From an uncultured Actinomycetota bacterium (GTDB lineage: Bacteria > Actinomycetota > Actinomycetes > Propionibacteriales > Nocardioidaceae), in assembly GCA_963827185.1 (NCBI GenBank), contig CAWGZQ010000001.1, positions 88,644-152,643 of the forward strand: 64,000 bases of DNA. The letters are read 5' to 3'. How positions within the stretch are numbered: the stretch's first letter is position 1; each line of letters opens with the position of its first letter. Below, one piece after another: positions 46,246 through 56,038 of this stretch. Position numbers and translations under genes: made by a program. The notes beneath the pieces were generated by a model. That model did not search any database, was not told the origin of the DNA, and was given only the letters and a program-made list of their open reading frames with translations.

Positions 46246-47531
46246 TGAGCGAGTCCCCCACGACCGGCGTCGCCACCAACATGGATCTGCTGCGGTTCGC
46301 CACCGCAGGCTCGGTCGACGACGGCAAGTCCACCCTGATCGGGCGGTTGCTGCTCGACTCCAAGTCGATCTTCGAGGACCAGCTCGAGGCGGTCGAGGCC
46401 ACCAGCGCCTCGAAGGGCTACGACTACACCGACCTCGCCCTGCTGACCGACGGCCTTCGCTCGGAACGCGAACAGGGCATCACGATCGATGTGGCCTACC
46501 GCTACTTCGCCACTCCGTCGCGCAAGTTCATCATCGCCGACACCCCGGGCCACGTGCAGTACACCCGCAACATGGTCACCGGTGCCTCCACTGCCGACCT
46601 CGGCCTGGTGCTCGTCGACGCCCGCCAGGGTCTGACCGAGCAGTCCCGCCGGCACGCGGTGATCCTGTCGCTGCTCCGGGTCCCGCACCTGGTGCTCGCG
46701 GTCAACAAGATGGACCTGGTCGACTTCTCGCAGGAGATCTACGAGAAGATCCACGCCGAGTTCACGCAGTTCGCGACCAAGCTCAACATCCCCGACCTCG
46801 AGGTCATCCCGATCTCGGCGCTGCAGGGCGACAACGTCGTCAATCGCTCCGAAAACATGAGCTGGTACTCCGGCCCGACGCTGATGCACCACCTCGAGCA
46901 CGTCCACGTCGCCTCCGACCGCGACCTGGTCGACGTCCGGTTCCCGGTGCAGTACGTCGTTCGGCCCAAGTCCGACGAGCACCACGACTACCGCGGCTAT
47001 GGCGGTCAGGTGGCCGGTGGCGTGCTGAAGCAGGGCGACGAGGTCGTCGTACTTCCCAGCGGGATGACGTCCACGATCGCGGGCATCGACCTGTTCGACC
47101 AGGAGGTCGCCGAGGCGTTCCCGCCGATGTCGGTGACCGTCCGGCTCGAGGACGACGTCGACGTCTCGCGCGGCGACATGATCGCCCGGGCCAACAACGC
47201 CCCGCAGCCGAGCCAGGACATCGACGCGATGATCTGCTGGATGACCAACACTCCCTTGCAGCCGCGGCAGAAGCTGGCGATCAAGCACACCACCCGCACC
47301 GCGCGGGCGCTGGTCAAGGACATCCAGTACCGCCTCGACGTCAACACCTTGCACCGCGACCAGGAGACCAAGTCGCTCGGGCTCAACGAGATCGGCCGGA
47401 TCCAGCTGCGCACCACGGTTCCGCTGCTCTGCGACCCCTACTCCAAGAACCGCACCACCGGCTCGTTCATCCTGATCGACGAGGCCACCGGCATCACCGT
47501 CGGCGCGGGGATGATCAACAGCAGCAGCTGA
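46245..47531 (+). CDS. cysN: Sulfate adenylyltransferase subunit 1 (GTPase), not fused to CysC
   Basis: AGSVDDGKST, EREQGITIDVAYRYF, DTPGH, NKMD, GSFILID. Confidence 0.97.
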   Translation: MSESPTTGVATNMDLLRFATAGSVDDGKSTLIGRLLLDSKSIFEDQLEAVEATSASKGYDYTDLALLTDGLRSEREQGITIDVAYRYFATPSRKFIIADTPGHVQYTRNMVTGASTADLGLVLVDARQGLTEQSRRHAVILSLLRVPHLVLAVNKMDLVDFSQEIYEKIHAEFTQFATKLNIPDLEVIPISALQGDNVVNRSENMSWYSGPTLMHHLEHVHVASDRDLVDVRFPVQYVVRPKSDEHHDYRGYGGQVAGGVLKQGDEVVVLPSGMTSTIAGIDLFDQEVAEAFPPMSVTVRLEDDVDVSRGDMIARANNAPQPSQDIDAMICWMTNTPLQPRQKLAIKHTTRTARALVKDIQYRLDVNTLHRDQETKSLGLNEIGRIQLRTTVPLLCDPYSKNRTTGSFILIDEATGITVGAGMINSSS

Positions 47532-47654
47532 CCCCCGCCCCGCACGTCTGAGCAGGGCGGCTGCCTGGGTGGATTTCGGCTCAACGGTGCGGGAAACCTC
47601 CACAAGCAACTGATCGAAGGGGGTTCTCCACAGGAGTTTTCGGGCGGCTTTGAG

Positions 47655-47682
47655 TGTCGGTGCGCGGTGTCAAAATGGACCC
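47655..47682 (+). promoter_or_regulatory. PafBC (RecA-NDp)-like leaderless promoter
   Basis: TGTCGG-N10-CAAAAT-N6-ATG. Confidence 0.62.
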
Positions 47683-48945
47683 ATGACAGCCACCGCGACC
47701 ACCATCGATCGGGCCCACCCGATCGGGGTCGCGGCTGCCCGGATCGACGACCTGCTCAAGGACGTCCGCGACGTGCCGACCTGGTCGATGAGCCCGGCCG
47801 AGACCGGTGAGGTGCTGGTCGAGCTGACCTTCCTCCAGGCCCAGCTCGCCGAGCTGCAGGCCCGGGTGACCGCCCACGGCCAGGTGGTCGAGGTCGAGGC
47901 CGCCTCCGGTGCCACCTCCACCGCGAACTGGCTGGCCCACCAGACCCGGCAGACCCGGGCCGGCGCCCACCGGGCCGCCCGGTTGGCGACCGCGCTCGCC
48001 ACGCAGGTGCACGAGCCGGTCCGGGTCGCGCTGGCCGACGGAGTGCTGCTGGTCGACCAGGCCGAGGTGATCATCGACGCGGTCGACGCGCTCCCCGACG
48101 ACCTGGACCCCGACCTGGTGGCCGATGCGCAGGCCAGGTTGATCGGGTACGCCGCGGTCCACGACGCCAAAGCCCTGCGGATCCTGGGCCGACGGATCCT
48201 CGAGGTCATCGCCCCCGAGATCGGCGAGGCCCACGAAGCGAAGCAGCTGGAGCGCGAGGAGGCCGAGGCGGAGGCGGCCGCGTGCCTTCCGGATGGTCGA
48301 GGACGGCCACGGCAGCTGGCACGGCCGGTTCACCCTGCCCACCCTGCAGGGCGCGATGCTCAAGAAGGCGCTGATGGCCTACGCCGCCCCCCGCCACCGG
48401 GCCTCGGTCGACGGCCGGCACCCGTACCCGGCCGGCCGTCGCAACCAGCGGCTGGGTCAGGCGTTCATGGAGTACATCGCCCGCTACCCCACCGACCGCC
48501 TCCCCCACGCCGGCGGCATGTCCGCGTCGGTGGTGGTCACCATGGGCCTCGACACCCTGCTCGGTGGGCTCAAGGCGGCTCAGCTCGACACCGGCCACCC
48601 GATCTCCCCCGCCCTGGCCGGCGACTCGCCTGTGAGGCGGGGATCATCCCCGCCGTCCTCGGCACCCACTCCGAGGTCCTGGACCTGGGCCGCACCGCCC
48701 GGTTCCACTCGAAGGCCCAGCGGATCGCACTACTGCTCGAGCAGGGCGGCTGCACCGCCGAAGGCTGCGACGCCCCACCCGCGATGACCCACACCCACCA
48801 CCACCAACCCTGGTCCCACGGCGGCAACACCGACCTCAAGAACGGCCGCCTGCTGTGCGGCCACCACCACGCCCGCGCCCACGACCCCACCTACACGATG
48901 ACCCAGACCCCCGGCGGCAAAGTCAGATTCCACCGACGAACGTGA
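47683..48945 (+). CDS. DUF222 / HNH endonuclease with internal compensating frameshifts
   Basis: RLACEAGIIPAVLG, LDLGR, GCTAEGCD, HHHQPWSHGGNTD, LCGHHH; middle part in ORF 48293..48787. Confidence 0.85.
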   Translation: MTATATTIDRAHPIGVAAARIDDLLKDVRDVPTWSMSPAETGEVLVELTFLQAQLAELQARVTAHGQVVEVEAASGATSTANWLAHQTRQTRAGAHRAARLATALATQVHEPVRVALADGVLLVDQAEVIIDAVDALPDDLDPDLVADAQARLIGYAAVHDAKALRILGRRILEVIAPEIGEAHEAKQLEREEAEAEAAACLPDGRGRPRQLARPVHPAHPAGRDAQEGADGLRRPPPPGLGRRPAPVPGRPSQPAAGSGVHGVHRPLPHRPPPPRRRHVRVGGGHHGPRHPARWAQGGSARHRPPDLPRPGRRLACEAGIIPAVLGTHSEVLDLGRTARFHSKAQRIALLLEQGGCTAEGCDAPPAMTHTHHHQPWSHGGNTDLKNGRLLCGHHHARAHDPTYTMTQTPGGKVRFHRRT

Positions 48946-49145
48946 GGGTCGCCCCAGGGTTCAAGCGCTCGGCGGCTCAGCGTGCGAGTTGCCCGCCGGT
49001 CCACTGCTCGTCTGCGGTGGCCTCCCGTACGACGTCGAGCCACCCGCGCCACCAGGTGGCGCTTCTTCCGCAGGAAACGGGCCGGCAGCTCAGCGAGCAG
49101 CGCCCACTCGTCGTCCAGGTACCTGTTGGTGCCGGCGAGGGCTCG

Positions 49146-50084
49146 TCAGCGCAGGTTCGGCCGAACGTGCAGGCCGATCTCCGGGTCGACCACGACTTCC
49201 TGTGAAGCCACGAGCCCCCCGGCGTCCAGCTCGATGTCGGTCGGCACGTTGCGCTTGACCAGCGCGAGGGCGATCGGGCCGAGCTCGTGGTGCCGGGCGG
49301 ATCCGCCGACCCGGCCGACGACCTTGCCGTCGTGGGTCAGCTCGGCGCCGATCTCGGGAAGCCGGTTCTCCGAGCCGTCGAGGTGCAGCAGCACGAGCCG
49401 CCGTGGCGGGCGGCCGAGGGTGTGCACGCGCGCCACCGTCTCCTGGCCGCGATAGCAGCCCTTGTCCAGGTGGACGGCGGGACCGATCCAGCCGACCTCG
49501 TTGGGGATCGTGCGGTGGTCGGTATCGATCCCGAACCGGGGCTCGCCACGGGCGATGCGCAACGCTTCGAAGGCCCAGAGCCCGCAGGCAGGCCCGGCCG
49601 CGTGGGCGTAGGTCATCAGCTGGTCGCGCGGCACGAACGCGGCACCGGAGGGGCGCCAGGTCACGGCCAGCTCGGCGGTGGCCTCGGTGACCTCGACCCG
49701 CATCATGAACCTCATCCGGTCCAGGAACTCGATCAGGGCGGCGCCGGCACCCGGCTCGGTGTGCGCGGTAAAGGCCACGCCGTCGTCGAGCCCGGCGAAC
49801 GCGTGCTCGACATGGCCCTGGGGGCTCAGCACCAACGCCTCGGTCCAGGTGTTGGCGGCGAGCCCTTCGAAGTACTGCGTGGTCAGCGAGTGCAACCAGG
49901 TCAGCCGGTCGGGGCCGGCGATCCGCACCACATCGCGGTGAGACAGGTCGACGAAGCCCTCGCCCGCAGCGAGGGTGCGCTGCTCGCCGTACAGCGAGCC
50001 GTAGTGGGCCGCGACCGGCGCGTCGATGCCATCGCCGGCAACAGCGTCCGGCAGGTCGAGCAGGGTCGAGCTCACTCTGGACAC
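49146..50084 (-). CDS. ygfZ: Folate-binding Fe-S/tRNA-modification protein YgfZ
   Basis: KGCYRGQETVAR signature. Confidence 0.92.
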   Translation of the reverse strand: MSRVSSTLLDLPDAVAGDGIDAPVAAHYGSLYGEQRTLAAGEGFVDLSHRDVVRIAGPDRLTWLHSLTTQYFEGLAANTWTEALVLSPQGHVEHAFAGLDDGVAFTAHTEPGAGAALIEFLDRMRFMMRVEVTEATAELAVTWRPSGAAFVPRDQLMTYAHAAGPACGLWAFEALRIARGEPRFGIDTDHRTIPNEVGWIGPAVHLDKGCYRGQETVARVHTLGRPPRRLVLLHLDGSENRLPEIGAELTHDGKVVGRVGGSARHHELGPIALALVKRNVPTDIELDAGGLVASQEVVVDPEIGLHVRPNLR

Positions 50085-50494
50085 TCCTCACATCGGCCGA
50101 ACACGGTGAGATGACCGAGGTCGGTAATGAATCCGTGGCCGGCCCCGAGCCGAGACACGAACTCGGAGGCCACGTCTAGGTCAACAGAGATCACCCGTTG
50201 ACAATTCCGGCACACCAGGTGGAAGTGCTCGTGACCCCCGACGGAGTGGTAGGTCGGGGCCCGGTCGCTGAGGTGGGCGTGCTTGACCAGGCCGAGCTCT
50301 TCGAGGACCTCCAGCGTGCGGTAGACCGTGGAGACGTTCACCGACGACGCGCGCTCGCGGACGTGGGCCAGCACCTCGTCAGCGGTGGCGTGGCCCAGCT
50401 CGTGCACCGCGCCGAGGATCAGCTCGCGCTGGGGGGTGAGCCGGTAGCCACGCTCACGCAGGGTGGCCTTCCAGTCGGCCCCGACCTCAGGCAC
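50072..50494 (-). CDS. nur: Fur-family regulator, likely nickel-responsive Nur
   Basis: DWK..LR.RGYRLTPQR, STVYRTL, HAHL, HEHFHLVCRNC; nitrobindin-Fur-ygfZ synteny as for Streptomyces nur. Confidence 0.75.
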   Translation of the reverse strand: MPEVGADWKATLRERGYRLTPQRELILGAVHELGHATADEVLAHVRERASSVNVSTVYRTLEVLEELGLVKHAHLSDRAPTYHSVGGHEHFHLVCRNCQRVISVDLDVASEFVSRLGAGHGFITDLGHLTVFGRCEECPE

Positions 50495-50982
50495 GTTTGA
50501 GCCTTGCCCACAGGTGCGGCTGGAGCTCGCTGGCCCATGGCGGCCATGTCGTAGGCGTAGAGCAGGTCGCCTTCGACATTGCCGTACAGCCGCTTGCCGC
50601 CGACGTACTCCTTGGCCGTCTCGGTGCGGGCCACCGCGTCCGTGACGATCTCGAGCTTGCCGCCCTCGGCCTGGCCGTACCAGACCTCGACGAAGCCGGT
50701 CGGATGCGCCAGCACCACCTCCACCCGACCCTCGGGCTTGGCTCGCACGAAACCCGTCTCCAGGGCGGCGTCCCGCACCTTCTCCCCGGCCTCGTCGACG
50801 ATCCAGGCACGGGAGAAGTAGTGGAAGAACGGGCGCCCGTCGTGGGTGAAGATGAGTTCCTGCCCGAACTCAAAGGCATCGATCGTCGGGTAGTCGCCGT
50901 GCCCGTTTCCCGCCCAGGTCCCGAGCAGCCAGGCAATCGGACCGCAGTCGGGGTGCAAGTTTTCCGGAATCTCGAACGGCAT
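50487..50982 (-). CDS. Nitrobindin / FABP-like (DUF1794) protein; frameshift near 50530
   Basis: LLGTWAGNGHGDYPTI, ETGF, RLYG, LQPHL.ARL. Confidence 0.88.
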
Positions 50983-51006
50983 GGTGCAGGAGTCTAGTGT
51001 CGGGGG

Positions 51007-51369
51007 ATGTCGCGAGAACTGGTCGTCAAGGTCACCTGTGGGGTCGAGGCTCCCGAACGCTGCAACCAGGGCTTCACGGTCGCTGCCACCGCGGCAGCCA
51101 CCGGCGCCACGGTCAGCCTGTGGCTCACCGGCGAGGCGGTCTGGCTGGCCGTGCCCGGGCGCGCCGCGGATCTGCAGCTTCCGCTCGCCTCCCCGGTCGA
51201 ACAGCTGCTGACCGCGGTGCTCTCCGCCGGCACCGTGACCGCGTGCTCGCAGTGTGCCGCCCGCAGGGAGCTGACGGAGACCGACCTGGTGCCGGGCGTG
51301 CGGATCGCCGGAGCAGCGGTTTTCGTTGAAGAGATCACTCGAGAGACGGCCCAGGCACTCGTGTACTAA
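51007..51369 (+). CDS. DsrE family protein
   Basis: ERCNQGFTVA, SLWLTGEA, CSQCAARR, RIAGAA. Confidence 0.85.
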   Translation: MSRELVVKVTCGVEAPERCNQGFTVAATAAATGATVSLWLTGEAVWLAVPGRAADLQLPLASPVEQLLTAVLSAGTVTACSQCAARRELTETDLVPGVRIAGAAVFVEEITRETAQALVY

Positions 51370-51522
51370 CGGGCGCATCCTCCGATCGGTCATCCGTACT
51401 CACCCGAACGGGTAGGTCCTCCTCAGCTCTTCGACCAGAGCCACCCGATATTGGGGATCCTGCGTCGATCCGTAGTCGATACGTTGACTGCGTTCTTCTC
51501 GGGATCCATGGGAGGGAAACCA

Positions 51523-52709
51523 ATGCGTCGTGTCCTATCTGTTCTGCGCCCTCGTGGTAGCGCTGGCACTGTCCGGTGTCGCCCCGTCTCGCCGCCGGGC
51601 CTGCCACCGTGACCCTGACCCTGGACCAGCCGACACTGACGTCGCCGACCTCGGCCGTGCTGTCCGGGCACGGTCACCGGCTGGCCCGACGTGACCATCT
51701 ACCGGTGGCAGGTCTGGCACTGGCAGATCGTCACCACCGTGAAGCCGAACAGCGCGGGCGTCTACAAGGCGACGGTGCCAGCCTCCGCCCAGCCGAGCTA
51801 CTACGTGGCCAGCGCCTATACCAACGTCACCCCGCAGGTCATCGTCGTAGCGGGCCCGTGACTCCCGAGCCGGAGCCGGAGCCGGAGCCCGGAGCCCGAG
51901 CCCGAGCCCGAGCCGGCCGAACCCCCCGCCGGCCCGACCGATGACTGCGGACCGCAGCTGAAGAAGGCCGACGGCACCGCCTGGGTCTGCACGCTCGCCG
52001 ACGAGTTCAACGGCACCCAGCTCGACCGCTCGACGTGGATGCCGCAGACGATCTTCAGGTCGGGTGAGGGCAACGCCTGGGCCTGCTACCTGGACGACCC
52101 CTCGGTGATCTCGGTGCGAGACGGGAACCTCAACCTGACGGTCCGCAAGCTGCCGCAGAGCAAACCCTGCGCGGGACAGAACGGACAGATGACGACGTAC
52201 GTCGCCGGCATGGTGTCCACGTACCGGCTCTTCAGCCAGCAGTACGGGCGCTTCGAGGCGCGGTTCAAGAACACCGCCACCAGGTCCCCCGGCCTGCAGG
52301 AGGCGTTCTGGCTGTGGCCCGATGACCGGTACAACACGGCCTCAGTGGCCGGCGGCCGGCGAGATCGACATCGCCGAGACCTACTCGCAGTACCCCGATC
52401 TGGCCGTCCCGTTCCTGCACTACACCTGGTACGACAACGGGGGACCGCAACCCGGAGTCAACACCGCCTGGAACTGCGTGGCGCATCGCGGCGAGTACAA
52501 CACGTACACGCTCGAGTGGACCGCCAACCGCCTCGAGATCTTCGTCAACGGGAAGTCGTGCCTGGTCAACACCACCGGCGACCCCGCGTTCAAGAAGCCG
52601 TACATCGTGGCGCTGACGCAGCTGCTGGGCCTCGGTGGCAACGCGTTGCACGGCCACCGCTCCGCTGCCCGCGACCATGTCGATCGACTACGTGCACGTC
52701 TGGAAGTAG
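51523..52709 (+). CDS. Secreted GH16 glycoside hydrolase 1 (Ig-like N-terminus, Pro-Glu linker); several frameshifts
   Basis: GGGAGGG RBS; DEFNGTQLD..W, QQYGRFEAR, AFWLWP, GEIDIAE, YTLEW, IDYVHVW. Confidence 0.78.
51864..51915 (+). repeat. Hexanucleotide (CCSGAG)n repeat encoding a (PE)n linker
   Basis: cccgag/ccggag about 8 times, with one extra C. Confidence 0.85.
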
Positions 52710-52793
52710 TCGTCCACGCTCTCCCTCCCCAGACAACGAACAACCGGCGGTCCGGTGGACCGCTGGCAACACGAAACCCCTGGGGAGGGATAG

Positions 52794-53944
52794 ATGAAGC
52801 GGTCTCTGGTCGGCCTCGTCACCATGGTGCTGACGTTCACGCTGTTCGCGCTGCACTCCGACGCGAAGAAGGTGCGCGTTGCCCTGCAGGCACCGAAGAT
52901 GGTGAGCGCCGAGAAGGCTCAGCTGCGCGGCCGGGTGAGCGGCCGCGACGTGGTGGAGATCCAACGCTTCGCGGTTGCCTACCGAACGGTGGAAGCCGTG
53001 AAGCGGGTCCGGGCCAGCGCCAAGGGCGTCTTCCGGACCACGGTGCGCGCCACCCGCAGGTGGGAGCGGTATCGCGCGGTGGCGGGAACGCGCCCGCAGC
53101 CTCACCCGGCTGGTGCCCGCTGCTGGTATGCCGCTCACCGACGAGACGCCGCCCGGACGACGAGTGCGGCCGACGGCCCGACCAAGGACGACGGCTCGCT
53201 GTGGTCCTGCACGCTCGCCGAGGACTTCGACGGCGACACAGCTCGACCGCACCGCTGTGGCGCCCGCACACCGGGTTCCTCGGCGGCTCCGACACCGCAC
53301 GACCCTGCTACGTCGACGACCCCTCGGTCATCTCCGTGCACGACGGCGCGCTTGCGGCTCAGCGTCCGCAAGGTCGCGGAGCCGCCCGTGTACCTGCGGC
53401 CTGCCGCAACCGCCGACCGCGCACGTCGCGGGGATGGTGACGACGTACCACCTGTTCAGCCAGCAGTACGGCCGGTTCGAGGCCAGGATCAAGAACACCG
53501 CGACGACCGGGCGCCGGGCTACAGGAGGCGTTCTGGCTGTGGCCGGACGACCGCTACAGCGAGCGCTGGTCCTGGCCGTCGTCTGGCGAGATCGACATCG
53601 CCGAGACCTACTCGGACCATGCCGATCTGGCGATCCCGTTCCTCCACTACACCTGGTTCGACAACTGGCGGGCCGGTGCCCGGGACTCAACACCGCGTGG
53701 AACTGCTCGCGCCGCTCGCGGGCAGTGGAACACGCTTCACGCTCGAGTGGACGGCCTCCCGGCACTCGAGATCCTGGTCAACGGCAAGACCTGCTTGATC
53801 AACACCTCGGGGGATCCCGCCTTCCGCAAGCCCTACATCGTGTCGCTGACCCAGATGATGGGCATCGCCCCAACATGCCTACGACGGCCGGGCACCGTTG
53901 CCGGCGACGATGGACTGGTCGACTACGTGCGGGTCTGGCAGTAG
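52794..53944 (+). CDS. Secreted GH16 glycoside hydrolase 2; many frameshifts
   Basis: Signal peptide; WSCTLAEDFDG, CYVDDPSVISV, QQYGRFEAR, GEIDIAE, DYVRVWQ. Confidence 0.72.
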
Positions 53945-54798
53945 CTCAGGCGGCGGAAGCCCAGCAGCGTGCGCGCCTCGGCCGGGGTCATCGGCCGGCG
54001 TTGAGCCAGTGCGCCCAGCGCGACCGCCCGCTCCACGAGCTGGGTGTTGCTCTCGACCGGCACACCGCGGCTGATCGTCAGCACGTCCTCCATGCCGACC
54101 CGGAGGTGGCCGCCCTTGGCCAGCGCGGTCATCGCCACGGCAAGGGTGGTGCGACCGATGCCGGTGGCCGACCACGACGTCACCTGGGCCGGTAGCGCGG
54201 CCACCCCGGCGACCAGGGCGTCGGCGGTGCCGGGCATCCCGCCGGGGACGCCCATCACGAAGTCGCAGTGCACGCGACCGCCGTAGGGCAGGCCGTAGCG
54301 GTCGAGCAGTCGACCCAGCGCGGCGACCTGGCCCAGGTCGAACAGCTCGAACTCCGGAACGACGGCTCGCTCCTGGCTGAGCTGGTAGAGGTCGCACACG
54401 AACGGCCACGGGTTGCTGAAGACGTCGTCGCCGAAGTTCGTGGTGCCCATCGTGAGGCTGCACGAGTCGGGCTGGGCGTCGAGCACCTTCAGCCGGGTCT
54501 CGAGCGGGTCGTGCACCGAGCCGCCGGTGGAGAGCTGGACCACCAGGTCGGTGGCCTCGCGGAGCGCGTCGACGGTGTCCTTGAGCCGACCCGGGTCGAG
54601 CGTCGGCCGGTGCTCGGCGTCCCGGATGTGGACGTGGATCATCGCCGCCCCGGCGGCCTCGCACTCGCGGCCGGCCGCGACCAGCTCCTCGAGAGTGGTG
54701 GGCAGCTGGGGGCAGTCGGCCTTGGCGGTCTCCGCGCCGGTGGGCGCGACCGTGACCAGCAGGGCTTCGGACGGTACGTCGGGCGTTCGGTCGGACAT
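53923..54798 (-). CDS. Beta-keto acid cleavage enzyme (BKACE/DUF849, Kce-like)
   Basis: TVAPTG, IHVHIRD, STGG, PEFELFD, HLRVGMED, N.QLV. Confidence 0.9.
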   Translation of the reverse strand: MSDRTPDVPSEALLVTVAPTGAETAKADCPQLPTTLEELVAAGRECEAAGAAMIHVHIRDAEHRPTLDPGRLKDTVDALREATDLVVQLSTGGSVHDPLETRLKVLDAQPDSCSLTMGTTNFGDDVFSNPWPFVCDLYQLSQERAVVPEFELFDLGQVAALGRLLDRYGLPYGGRVHCDFVMGVPGGMPGTADALVAGVAALPAQVTSWSATGIGRTTLAVAMTALAKGGHLRVGMEDVLTISRGVPVESNTQLVERAVALGALAQRRPMTPAEARTLLGFRRLSYCQTRT

Positions 54799-54830
54799 GG
54801 CCGCATCGTGCCAGAGGCGGCCGCTGCGCC

Positions 54831-55505
54831 TCAGCGACGGGCTTCGGTGAAGAAGCTCTCTTCGCGGGTCTCGATGTTTTCGATGTCCGGCAGCTCGCCC
54901 TCAAGAAACTTGCGGTCGGAGATCTCGCTGTCGGCGAACCCTGCCTCGATCAGCATCTTGCGGACCAGGCCACGGGTCGGCTGCCACCGGTGGATGTGGC
55001 CGCCGATCTTGGAGGTCAGCGCCCGCTTGCCGGTCGGGCGGTCCAGCGGGTGCGACCCCAGCCGCAGGAGGTAGCGGTACCCCGCCTCACCGGCCTCGTC
55101 GTCACCCGACTCGACCAGCTCGCGGGCCCAGGCCTCGCCGTCGGGCAGCGCCAACCGGAGCACCCCGCCGGGCTTGAGCACCCGGAAGCACTCACGCGCG
55201 ATCGCGTGGGCGTCGCTGTAGTAGATGTGCTCGAAGAAGTGCGAGGAGTAGATCGCGTCCACCGCGCCGTCGGCGAACGGCAACGGCTTGGTGAGGTCCT
55301 GGCGGACGATGTGGGGCTGCCACGGCACCAGGTGGTGGTCGCCGATCAGCCCGGTTCTGCGGATCGCCTTGGCCACGAGGGGTGCGTGTCGCAGGATCAT
55401 GGTCGGAGAGCGGTCGAGGTTGACCCAGGACTCCGGACCCGTCGGCCCCGACCCCAGGTTGACCATGAGCGGGCGCTGCGACAGGACGTCCTTGCGGGAT
55501 GGCAT
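54831..55505 (-). CDS. Class I SAM-dependent methyltransferase-like protein
   Basis: NLGSGP, WVNLD, LPFADG.VD.IYSSHFFEH, RVLKPGG.LR. Confidence 0.82.
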   Translation of the reverse strand: MPSRKDVLSQRPLMVNLGSGPTGPESWVNLDRSPTMILRHAPLVAKAIRRTGLIGDHHLVPWQPHIVRQDLTKPLPFADGAVDAIYSSHFFEHIYYSDAHAIARECFRVLKPGGVLRLALPDGEAWARELVESGDDEAGEAGYRYLLRLGSHPLDRPTGKRALTSKIGGHIHRWQPTRGLVRKMLIEAGFADSEISDRKFLEGELPDIENIETREESFFTEARR

Positions 55506-55540
55506 GCCGGAATTAGATCACGCAGAACTAGGGTCTGTTC

Positions 55541-55994
55541 GTGCGTTCCGTGTTGCAGCGAGCCAGTCGAGCGAGCGTCATCGTCGGGGGTGAGGTCGTC
55601 GGAGGTTTCGACGTCCCCGGGCTGGTCGTTCTCCTCGGCGTGACCCACGACGACGGGCCTCGCGAGATCGAGTGGATGGCCAACAAGATCCGCGACGTCC
55701 GGCTGCTCAGCGACGAGCGGTCGATCGGCGAGGTGGGTGCCCCGGCGCTGGTGATCAGCCAGTTCACGCTGTACGGCGACGCCCGCAAGGGCCGCCGTCC
55801 CACATGGAACGCGGCGGCTCCCGGAGCGATCGCGGAGCCGATCTACGACCGCCGTCTGCGACCGGATGGCCGAGTTGGGTACCCCGGTGAGCCGCGGGCG
55901 ATTCGGCGCGGACATGGCCGTCGAGCTGGTCAACGACGGTCCGGTCACGATCGTTCTGGACAGTCCCGGCACTTCGTCCGCGGCGGCTCGTTAA
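55541..55994 (+). CDS. dtd: D-aminoacyl-tRNA deacylase; frameshifts near 55850-55900
   Basis: [21 protein letters not shown], then [16 protein letters not shown] in another frame. Confidence 0.88.
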
Positions 55995-56038
55995 GGTCCT
56001 GGCTGACCACTACATCGGACGAAGGTGCAGACGCTCAC

